Origin: a virus
IMG/VR virus record: IMGVR_UViG_3300036985_005814
Coordinates: 6,328-70,327 of that record
Reading direction: 5' to 3' (one strand)
DNA: 64,000 bases
The notes below the pieces were generated by a model that was not told the DNA's origin, ran no database searches, and saw only the letters and a program-made list of their open reading frames with translations. The translations under genes and the position numbers were made by a program. Shown here one piece after another: positions 18,913-27,528 of the stretch (position 1 is its first letter; each line of letters opens with the position of its first letter).

Positions 18913-19434
18913 ATGTTTACCGTTGAGCACATTGACCCTCAAAAGGGAGTTTTGGTTTCGGGTCTCGACATTGAGCTCAATGTCATTATCGCAGACGAAA
19001 GTTACAACAAACGTAAAACAAATAGGTTTGTCCCCTATCGAATAAAAGACCATCCCGCCCCTGTGAACTTTGGTGAGATGGGCGAGTTTTTGATAGGGGG
19101 TGAATGGGTGGTTTGCGAGTTTGGTGGGACAGAGTGGTGGGACGAGAGTACAAAAATAGGGTGCTCTCAAACCTCCTCTCGCCGAAACTTTGCAGCCACT
19201 CGGGTGTTTTTTGACGGTGAGCGTTGGGACAAACAAACACGTCAAAAAATGAGTGAGAGTGCCAAAAAACCCGGAGCCCAACCGCCACACAAAAAAGCCG
19301 CTCAGTCTCAGGCCGTATCCGCAACCAACGCCAAAAAACAACCATGCCCCCATTGTGGCATGCTCATGAATGTTGGCAACCTTACAAAACATCTTAAAGG
19401 TACTCGCTGCAAAGGTACACCGCAAGTAGGGTAA
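18913..19434 (+). CDS. free-standing HNH endonuclease-like protein
   Basis: VEHIDP...VSGL...N...YNKRKTN; C-terminal CPHCG...H...C finger. Confidence 0.7.
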   Translation: MFTVEHIDPQKGVLVSGLDIELNVIIADESYNKRKTNRFVPYRIKDHPAPVNFGEMGEFLIGGEWVVCEFGGTEWWDESTKIGCSQTSSRRNFAATRVFFDGERWDKQTRQKMSESAKKPGAQPPHKKAAQSQAVSATNAKKQPCPHCGMLMNVGNLTKHLKGTRCKGTPQVG

Positions 19435-19466
19435 AACCAATGCAAGAAGGTAATCCGTAGGGATTC

Positions 19467-20039
19467 ATGAAGACAACTTTTTCTAGTGGTGTCATCGTTA
19501 CAAGCCAGTGGCTGAATGGTGCTAAGCAAATTTCGTTTGACGGTCAAGACCTTGACTGGCATTACCCTCCGCTTGGCCTAAATTCTTTCATCACTGCAGG
19601 CCCGAATGGCCTTGACTCCAGATATGTCACACTGGCGACCCCGCAGCCTAACTTAGAGGGTGACGTTTTTCAGGGCGGTTACGCCATCTCCGGAACAAAA
19701 GTAGTTTCCGGTGTGTGGAACTTTGGTTACAGCTCAGCCACGGGAAACCCCGAAAACGTTCGAGACAACGCTCCCAAAAGTTATACGACGAACGACAAAT
19801 ACCTTTACGCGGCAGGCATTTCTCCTGCTACAATCCCTCAGAAATTTGACGCGCTGCAAAGCGAAGATCTGATTACGAAACTCGTTCTGAAAGATCAGAT
19901 TGAATATCTTCTGGATAGCCTAGTAATTGACAACGGCTGGTACTATCTTGAGGACTCCAACGGACAATCTTGCGAGTGCAACAACTACTCCCTGGGACCT
20001 GTACCCCCTAGAAGCACAACGATTTGCAATCCCTGCTGA
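19467..20039 (+). CDS. hypothetical structural protein
   Basis: 190-aa ORF after GGGTAAAA; first gene of the baseplate block. Confidence 0.65.
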   Translation: MKTTFSSGVIVTSQWLNGAKQISFDGQDLDWHYPPLGLNSFITAGPNGLDSRYVTLATPQPNLEGDVFQGGYAISGTKVVSGVWNFGYSSATGNPENVRDNAPKSYTTNDKYLYAAGISPATIPQKFDALQSEDLITKLVLKDQIEYLLDSLVIDNGWYYLEDSNGQSCECNNYSLGPVPPRSTTICNPC

Positions 20040-20048
20040 GGTTAACTG

Positions 20049-23000
20049 ATGCCTAGATATGCTCCGCTACCCTCTGTTTCCATTGATCCCCGGAATGAGG
20101 CGCAGCTTGTTCAAGAGGCTTCGCAGAGGGTCTATCAAGCGTCTAATCAAACCCTTAACGATTTTAGCTCTGGAAACCCCCTGGCAGCTTTGCTTGAGGG
20201 GCAGGTCTTCGCACAAGGCGAATTTCTCTTCTGGCTGAATCAACTACCCGAAAAGATCCTGCTTGAATGGATTGGCCCTTTCCTGGGTGCCATGAGGCGT
20301 CTGGGTACGGCGTCGATTGCGCGTTTGGCGTTAACCATACCCCCATCAAGTTCTGCCGTCACAGTTCCGTCTGGTTCGTCTTTTACTACCGACCCGAACA
20401 TTACCGGTGGCGAAGTTTTCAGCTTCGTAACGCTTGAGAACCACACATTTCCGCCGGGTGAAACTGTTCTCTATGTTCCTGTTTACTCGGAGTTTGTAGG
20501 TTCTCAGTATAACGTCCCTGCAAACGCAATCGTAGGATCCTCTGCTGTAAACGTTGCTGGGTTAAGCGCGATTAACCCTCAGCCAGCTACTGGTGGATCC
20601 GACGTTGAAACTTACCAAGAGGTTCAGGAACGTTTCTTCACGCTGATTCGCCGGAAGAACCCTGTCAGCTCACAGGATTGGCAAGATTTCTTCATCGACT
20701 TTTTCGGTGTTGGCACACAAACTTCAGTGCAACCCAACAGAGGGTCCGAGTACTCTTACAACTATCTGACGGACTACATCCTACCTAGCGGACAAGTTTC
20801 TTTCTTCGTTCTTGGACCAGGCGGAGTGGAGTTAACGCAAGAACAGCTGAGCAGAGGCCAAAACGTTGTTAACTTTTCAGTGCCGATTGGCACAACGGGG
20901 CATCTGTACCCTCTCACACTAAGCCAGGTTCAGTACGATATCACGCTAGAAGTTGACGCAAACAGCTCCTACGGAGTTAACCTGCGAAATGCTTCTCTGG
21001 ACTTTAGAAACCGGCTGTTTCAGATTCTGCAGCCAGGCAACGTCTTTCCTGCGTACACTGACCCAAGCGTCAGCGATGTTGATTCAGCCTTCAACTTAAC
21101 TTTCGATACCCCGTCGCGATACGTGAACCCGCGCATCGTCACAGCCAAAGCATTCAATACTCCGCCTCAACTCGGACCCACCGCAGCCCTTTATACACAG
21201 GTTTACGCTTTCGAACCAACCGAGTATCTTGTGAACCAAGACGATTTGGTTCTGGAAACGATTCCTTCCCAGAAATACTATCCTGCAACGACTTCTTTCA
21301 CCCCGTACTCGGACAGCAAAAAAGACCAGACAATTTACAACAACCTTCAGATGAAACAAATCCAGCGTCTGCAAGCTGGAAGTTTTCTGCAGAGCGACGT
21401 AGTTTGGTGGAGCCCCGCCGATGGGGGCGACGGGTCACTTCGGGTAATTCTGGATAATGTTAACATCGGATCGAAGACTGAAATTCCGGTCTTGATCGCA
21501 CAAGGCAAGATTTCGGGTCAGAAAACCTACTCCCCGTGGGTTGTTGGGAATAGCTACGCAAGCACCGTAAGCGGTGCGTACAACCCTGAGATTATTGAGT
21601 ACGACTACGTTCCGGGAGACGGGCAATTCATTCCGGAAACTCCGCAAGAGCTCCTGGTTGGCCCCATTTCCTCGTTCGGACCAATCACCCCCGGTCTAAG
21701 TTACACTGATGGCACATACACCGGGGTCCCATTACTCAATCTGTCAGGTCCCGGAGAAAACGCTGAGGCAACCATCACAGTTACCGGCGGCTCCGTGACA
21801 GCCGTCAACCTAGGGTTCGCGGGAACGGGGTATACCCCCGATTCTGTTTTAACAGCGTCTGATTCTAGTTTGGGGAACAGCGGTTCTGGTGATGGTTTTA
21901 GCATCCCGGTTGCTACAGTTACCGTTCCACGGTTAGGAAGCCTGGTTTGGGTTGTTGAGCAAAACTTCACACTAAATCCCCCTTCAAACAGCACTACGAG
22001 CGCTCTTGCTGAGGGTCTTCTCGGGTCTCCGGTTACACCAAACGTTCTTTCTTCCGGTGAATCCTACTTTGCAGGTACATGGGTAACCACTCCCCAAATC
22101 GGATCGGGGCCTAACGCCATCGCCGACCCTTACTACAACTATGTAGATCCGTTAAAGGGAGGCGTGAACAAATTCGCCTACGTTCTGCAAGGGTTTGTCT
22201 ACGAGCCTAGCACTCTGTCGACGAAAGAATACTTCGACCTTCTTGTTGAACTTGGGATTATCAAAGAGATCATTGTACGGAATGCGGATCTCGGTCTGCC
22301 TGTGTACAAGTACAAACCTCGCTTCCCGGTAGGAACGTACCTTGAGTACAGGGAGTCGAGTGTTTCTGAACCGCAGTATTTTGTTGCGACCGAGTACTTC
22401 ACCCCGAACAGCACTCTCATCAACGACCTGATTCAAGAAAACCTCGTTATTCCCCTTGCCTACACTCCTTCTCAACGGGTCAGTCTTGCAAACGCCATAA
22501 GCAACGGGGATATCACGACTCCAACAAGAATGTTTAGGTTCTTCAGAGGTGACACCACGTTTTTCCGGCAAGGTAGCACTGTTCTGTCGTACACTGCTAC
22601 AACGAACGTAACTCCCCTGTTTGACTTCTCGGTTTACCTCGAGAACGGTATTTTTGTCCCCTCCCGCGATTTCGCTGGGGAAGGTTTCTTCACGCTTCCT
22701 TACGTCCCGTACTTCAACCCTGCTTACGCTCTGTACTCTGAGGATACGATCACGTCGGAAGATGGCAGGAACCTTTACCGAGTCATGCGTGCTTTCACGC
22801 CGCAGCCTACCGTGACGGACTGGACAAACACAGTGGTAACGAACACTGCCAGAATTCAAGAATACGCCGGCAATCTTCTGCGGTACGTGAACGTTTACAC
22901 CTGCGATGAGCAGATCAGGTCTCAGTTCGGCCGAGATATCTCCGCGATCAAGTTAGGCATCGCAGACATCACACTGATTCCAAAGAACGAAGAGCGATTT

Positions 23001-23138
23001 AGCAATGCCTCGACTTCTTTCTCCTACGTTTGGGAGAACACTGCGACTGCGACGGAAACCCCGCAGCTTTCGTGGTTCACAGGTACAACCTATCTTTACT
23101 CGCCTCCAAACTATAGAAACGGGACGATGAGTCTATGA
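20049..23138 (+). CDS. baseplate J-like protein with C-terminal extension
   Basis: IDPRNEAQLV, G..YNVPANAI, NPQPATGGSDVET and VSSQDW motifs. Confidence 0.8.
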   Translation: MPRYAPLPSVSIDPRNEAQLVQEASQRVYQASNQTLNDFSSGNPLAALLEGQVFAQGEFLFWLNQLPEKILLEWIGPFLGAMRRLGTASIARLALTIPPSSSAVTVPSGSSFTTDPNITGGEVFSFVTLENHTFPPGETVLYVPVYSEFVGSQYNVPANAIVGSSAVNVAGLSAINPQPATGGSDVETYQEVQERFFTLIRRKNPVSSQDWQDFFIDFFGVGTQTSVQPNRGSEYSYNYLTDYILPSGQVSFFVLGPGGVELTQEQLSRGQNVVNFSVPIGTTGHLYPLTLSQVQYDITLEVDANSSYGVNLRNASLDFRNRLFQILQPGNVFPAYTDPSVSDVDSAFNLTFDTPSRYVNPRIVTAKAFNTPPQLGPTAALYTQVYAFEPTEYLVNQDDLVLETIPSQKYYPATTSFTPYSDSKKDQTIYNNLQMKQIQRLQAGSFLQSDVVWWSPADGGDGSLRVILDNVNIGSKTEIPVLIAQGKISGQKTYSPWVVGNSYASTVSGAYNPEIIEYDYVPGDGQFIPETPQELLVGPISSFGPITPGLSYTDGTYTGVPLLNLSGPGENAEATITVTGGSVTAVNLGFAGTGYTPDSVLTASDSSLGNSGSGDGFSIPVATVTVPRLGSLVWVVEQNFTLNPPSNSTTSALAEGLLGSPVTPNVLSSGESYFAGTWVTTPQIGSGPNAIADPYYNYVDPLKGGVNKFAYVLQGFVYEPSTLSTKEYFDLLVELGIIKEIIVRNADLGLPVYKYKPRFPVGTYLEYRESSVSEPQYFVATEYFTPNSTLINDLIQENLVIPLAYTPSQRVSLANAISNGDITTPTRMFRFFRGDTTFFRQGSTVLSYTATTNVTPLFDFSVYLENGIFVPSRDFAGEGFFTLPYVPYFNPAYALYSEDTITSEDGRNLYRVMRAFTPQPTVTDWTNTVVTNTARIQEYAGNLLRYVNVYTCDEQIRSQFGRDISAIKLGIADITLIPKNEERFSNASTSFSYVWENTATATETPQLSWFTGTTYLYSPPNYRNGTMSL

Positions 23139-24451
23139 GTCAACAACTTGTCCCTATAAACGGCGGAGTTCAAACTCTTCAGACGACCTCTCAACGGCGA
23201 AGTGTTAATACTCTGTCCGTTCAGTCTATCGAGGTCAAGAACTTAAAAAGTCGGCCAACCGAGTGGATTCCCGGCGGAAGGCCAATCTACCGAAGATTGC
23301 CAGCGGCTAGCGAGACTTACCAGGTAAATTTCTTTGACATTCTGCCAGCGTCGAACACCGCTGTTAGTCTGAACGGAATTCAAGACGTTGGTTACGTTTA
23401 CATTCCGTGGGGAGAAGGCATTTTCGGACCAAACTCTCTGGAAGTTGTGGCTTCGCCAACGTTTGAGGACTTGATTGTAAAGTCTGGTCAAGTTGTGTGG
23501 AAATACGGAACGATTGTTGTTCCGCCTGCAATCATCAACTTGAAAGAGTTGGACTTTGATAGCGGACGCTATCTGGTAGCGTATCAGCTTAGCTACGATG
23601 ATGCGCCTCTCGAACATCTGTACCAAGTTGAAGATTACCTTTTGACTGGAACTAAACTGCTAATCACCTCAAGCAGTGACTCGGTTGTTGGTTGGCGATA
23701 CCCTGCCTTGAATGCGTTTCTAAATTCAACAACCTACTGGTCGAACTCCGACAGTTTCTTCCCCCCTCTCCAGCAACCTTCTGAGGCTTTCATCCAGTGG
23801 GTTAGCAACGAAACTTTCCAGAGTTCGTCGACTTCTCCGGAAAAAGTCCTTGCGTCAGCATACTCGAAGATTGTCCTCCGTTGCCCCAAGGGAATGATCT
23901 TCTCAGGAAACGCCACACTTAGCTATCTAGATGAATCGGGTTTGAATTTAGTTTCAACCGTGTCCGTGTCAAAAGACGACACAAGTCAGTACTTCGAGTT
24001 CACTATTACTTCGCCCAGTTTTCAAACCGGGTGGAGGGTTGATTTTACCGATTTTAACGTCAAGCTTCAAACCATCACGGTCTCAGGAATTGTTACGAAG
24101 GTAACTCAACAAGTAGAGCCTTCGTCGCGATGCGTTCTTGCGATATACCCGGCAGGAACCGAGCCGAGCAAAGTCCTTAGCCCGGAAGGGGACGAGATTA
24201 CCGTAACATACTGCAATCTTGCGTATATCGATGTTGACTCAAATTTCTTCCTCACCGACATACAAGATGTTCGACCTGTCATTCACCGCGATTACAAACC
24301 TATCGCCGATTGGTTGACTCGCCCTTTCGACGAGGACTTGATCAACTTTTACGAGCAAATTTCAGGTTATTCTGTGCTGTGGATGAGCCCGGATGTTTGC
24401 CTAAGTCAGGAGTATTTGACCCTGGAAAATTACGGAGTGGAGTTAACTTAA
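23135..24451 (+). CDS. putative baseplate/tail protein
   Basis: 438-aa ORF coupled to baseplate J; context only. Confidence 0.6.
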   Translation: MSQQLVPINGGVQTLQTTSQRRSVNTLSVQSIEVKNLKSRPTEWIPGGRPIYRRLPAASETYQVNFFDILPASNTAVSLNGIQDVGYVYIPWGEGIFGPNSLEVVASPTFEDLIVKSGQVVWKYGTIVVPPAIINLKELDFDSGRYLVAYQLSYDDAPLEHLYQVEDYLLTGTKLLITSSSDSVVGWRYPALNAFLNSTTYWSNSDSFFPPLQQPSEAFIQWVSNETFQSSSTSPEKVLASAYSKIVLRCPKGMIFSGNATLSYLDESGLNLVSTVSVSKDDTSQYFEFTITSPSFQTGWRVDFTDFNVKLQTITVSGIVTKVTQQVEPSSRCVLAIYPAGTEPSKVLSPEGDEITVTYCNLAYIDVDSNFFLTDIQDVRPVIHRDYKPIADWLTRPFDEDLINFYEQISGYSVLWMSPDVCLSQEYLTLENYGVELT

Positions 24452-27400
24452 ATGACAACAGCAAACCCTAGTTTTAGTCCGAGTGAGTTCGAGCTTCGTA
24501 ATTTTACGAACAAATATCTTTCTCCTGATCAAGCGTCTCAAGTTGACCTTGTTAAGTCTCGCGTAAACGGCCAACTGGACTTCCTGGCACAAATGCTAGG
24601 GTGGAGCGGGGCTAACTATTGGACAAATCTCCCCCGAACAGTTTCTCAGAAGAGGCAATTACTAGGAGGGACATTTGGCGTCTACGAAAGTTATGTAATC
24701 CCTCGCATTCTGTCTGTCAAAACGTGGGAAAATATCGACGATTTCTCCTCCCCCCGCGTGGCGGTCATTGAGATTGAGAAAGACGAAAGAATTCAGGCAT
24801 CTCAAACGGCGTACCTCGGCACTAACTCGTACACGATTCTGTCGTTGTCGCAAAATGCCGGCGGCATGACCTTAAACTTCGGCGAAGTTGATGATACTTT
24901 CTTCACCGAAATTAACAACAACACACAACTTCGAATCGATGTTGTTGAAGCACGACCGGCGCCGTTCTACCGCCCAACCGTGGGTGTTGCGGGGGATAAT
25001 GCGTTTCATTGCAAGAATGAGAACGGTATCCTAACCCTTTACCCGAGTTACGACACTACTGAGCTCTTCCCTTACATCTTCCCCATCATCTTTGCGGGAT
25101 CGGTGTATACTTTCGACCAGCCAGTATTTCTTTCTTACGACACTTCCTATAACGTAGACATTGCCTCGGTGTACGATCAAGACACCGAAAGGTGGGTTCT
25201 TAGCCTTCCTGCGGACTTAGGGCAAAACTCCCTTGGGGTGATAGCATTCTTGTCGCTATCAATGGTTGTGTCCCACTTGCAGGTCAAAGTTCAAAATTGG
25301 GTTGACCCTTCGGACTGGAACATCAACTGTGTTCTAGATAACTTCCTCGGCGCCTGGGGGAACAAAGGCGGTCCGCTCCCCTTCAATTTAGCTTTCGACA
25401 GCCTTTCGATTCATGGTTTTGATGAGAACAATTCGCTGTTTTTGCCGGAGATCGTTCGCGAGCTGGAGTTTAACGATATTGTAGACCTGGTTTACGCTCA
25501 AAGGGCGGTTATTGATTCGGGGATTCCAGGGCAACTTCCGCCCGGAAAACTGTGGTGGAACAGCACCTCTGGAAAACTTGCTATTCAGATTGAACAAGAG
25601 GAGGAATGTCCTTTCTGGGTTGAGATCGTATATCGCGAGGCTCCGGACCAAGAAATCGTTCCCGATTACGTTTATCCAGATGTTGCTACTTTCGTGGCTG
25701 AGTCCGCAGGAGTGCCCGAGAATACACTCTGCGTAGCCATTGCGAACATCACAGGGTTGTCTAGCTCAGATAACGTACTCAACATTGAAGGTCAGTTTGG
25801 GGGACCGGGTGTTGTTTACCTATACCCTCAACCGGGCACTCAATACTGGGTCCCGATTCGGTTCCAGTTTGCAAATGTTGCTAATTTTGAAGTCGCGAGT
25901 GAGCATATTCCCCTGAACGTGCCTGCCTATATACTGAACTCTCTTGGTCTTGCCCCTTTTGGGTCAACCTACTCGATCGACAATCTGAAGATCAACATTA
26001 GTGGTGCCTATGAGACGGTCCTGGTCAAGGAAAACAACATGTTTGACTGGACGTTGTTCCCAGATTCGATCCTAAAGTTCATTGCTAACAGCTCACTTTA
26101 CTACGATTTTGCTCTCACGACGCTCGACGTGTCGGTGGCGGACGTTCCTATTTCCTCCTTACAACAGGGTGAACTCTGGTGGGACTACGCGAACCCCGAT
26201 GTTCCTAATCGAAACGCAAAGATTTTCTACGGGTCGGATTGGATTTCATTAAACGAGAACGTAGCATTGTCCGCTCCGCCGGATGGGTACGACCCCACCG
26301 TGGTGCGGTTCTACTGTAACGGTAATCTTCTACAGTTCGGGCAAAGTTACGTCACAAACGATTTTGAATTTTGTGTGTTTGCTAGTTTTAAGTTTGGTTT
26401 CTACGGTATTCTGTACCGGGCTTTCAGCCTTTCAGGTAGAACACAATTCCCGGTTATTGAAATATCTGACTCTCTTACGTCGTCGTATCGCCTAGACATC
26501 TCTTCTTTGGTGTTTAGCGGTATAACCTACAAGATGTCACCGAACGTTTACGACGCCGAGGCTCCATTGAGGTTGTGGAAAACACAGCAGCTTCAGGCAG
26601 CCGACACCACCGAACTCGTCAACAGAGACATTTACCCAAACCCGTTAGTTGCGGACCTTAATAACGGCCCAGCTCTCGACAATTGGCAGCGTTTCTTTGT
26701 TCGCATGCCGCTGGATTACGGTCGAAACCAGGCTGTTTGGCAGAAGACCGCACTGATCTGTGAAAACTTTGCATACTTCGGCAGCAATGTTGAGCCGGAA
26801 AAGATGGATTGCCCACCTCCGGCAAGTCTTCCGCAAATTTATGAGGAAATCTGCCTAAGGGGCGATCGTACAGATTACACCTATGTGTACTCCGAGCCGT
26901 ACTTCTATTCCACGGTGGTCTACGACGACTTTGCATCTGTCGACGCATCTTACACAAATGCTTCGGTTCGCCCGACTGTTGATGTAGACTACGATGAGTT
27001 TGCCGAGGCGCAATTCATTGAGTACGACCCCCTACACAACCGTTTGGTTGATTTTTCGACGGAAAACTTTGGCAACTGGCAAGGCGTGTACATGAACGTG
27101 AATGCCTGTGGTTTCTTGACAGGGTATTACGTTAACGATGTTCTAGACGCAACACTTGAGTTGATTGAACCGCCAGTGTGGGACGCAAGCATCTACAAGT
27201 TTCCGCCAACGTGCGACAACCCGTCGGGAACTTACAGTGTTGACGCGAACAACTACAAGATTTGCTACGCCTACTTCGTGGCAGATGCTTCGGCTGCTGA
27301 GGACGGTTTCTTTGACCCGCAACAAGAAGCTTCCTGGAGGGTTCCTGAAACTCAACCTAAAACTCTCTACATCGTCCCGGAATGCCCGACTGAGCCTTCT

Positions 27401-27526
27401 GGACCCGAGGAGCCAATCACCGTGACAATCTTGCCGACGCCTCCTCCTATAGACTCGCCCACCTTTCTAGCCACATGGTTAAACTGCAGCAGTCTAACGT
27501 CCTTCCCCGTAGCTAACCCGGAATAG
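24452..27526 (+). CDS. putative baseplate/tail protein
   Basis: 1024-aa ORF; LDFLAQMLGW near the N-terminus resembles P2 gpI-like wedge proteins; repeated G.LWW motifs. Confidence 0.6.
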   Translation: MTTANPSFSPSEFELRNFTNKYLSPDQASQVDLVKSRVNGQLDFLAQMLGWSGANYWTNLPRTVSQKRQLLGGTFGVYESYVIPRILSVKTWENIDDFSSPRVAVIEIEKDERIQASQTAYLGTNSYTILSLSQNAGGMTLNFGEVDDTFFTEINNNTQLRIDVVEARPAPFYRPTVGVAGDNAFHCKNENGILTLYPSYDTTELFPYIFPIIFAGSVYTFDQPVFLSYDTSYNVDIASVYDQDTERWVLSLPADLGQNSLGVIAFLSLSMVVSHLQVKVQNWVDPSDWNINCVLDNFLGAWGNKGGPLPFNLAFDSLSIHGFDENNSLFLPEIVRELEFNDIVDLVYAQRAVIDSGIPGQLPPGKLWWNSTSGKLAIQIEQEEECPFWVEIVYREAPDQEIVPDYVYPDVATFVAESAGVPENTLCVAIANITGLSSSDNVLNIEGQFGGPGVVYLYPQPGTQYWVPIRFQFANVANFEVASEHIPLNVPAYILNSLGLAPFGSTYSIDNLKINISGAYETVLVKENNMFDWTLFPDSILKFIANSSLYYDFALTTLDVSVADVPISSLQQGELWWDYANPDVPNRNAKIFYGSDWISLNENVALSAPPDGYDPTVVRFYCNGNLLQFGQSYVTNDFEFCVFASFKFGFYGILYRAFSLSGRTQFPVIEISDSLTSSYRLDISSLVFSGITYKMSPNVYDAEAPLRLWKTQQLQAADTTELVNRDIYPNPLVADLNNGPALDNWQRFFVRMPLDYGRNQAVWQKTALICENFAYFGSNVEPEKMDCPPPASLPQIYEEICLRGDRTDYTYVYSEPYFYSTVVYDDFASVDASYTNASVRPTVDVDYDEFAEAQFIEYDPLHNRLVDFSTENFGNWQGVYMNVNACGFLTGYYVNDVLDATLELIEPPVWDASIYKFPPTCDNPSGTYSVDANNYKICYAYFVADASAAEDGFFDPQQEASWRVPETQPKTLYIVPECPTEPSGPEEPITVTILPTPPPIDSPTFLATWLNCSSLTSFPVANPE

Positions 27527-27528
27527 TC

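Noticed and set aside
5714-19436. GGGTAAAA as merely a preferred Gly-stop ending
   Set aside because: Only some copies are stop codons; most are intergenic or out of frame yet keep the same spacing to the next start
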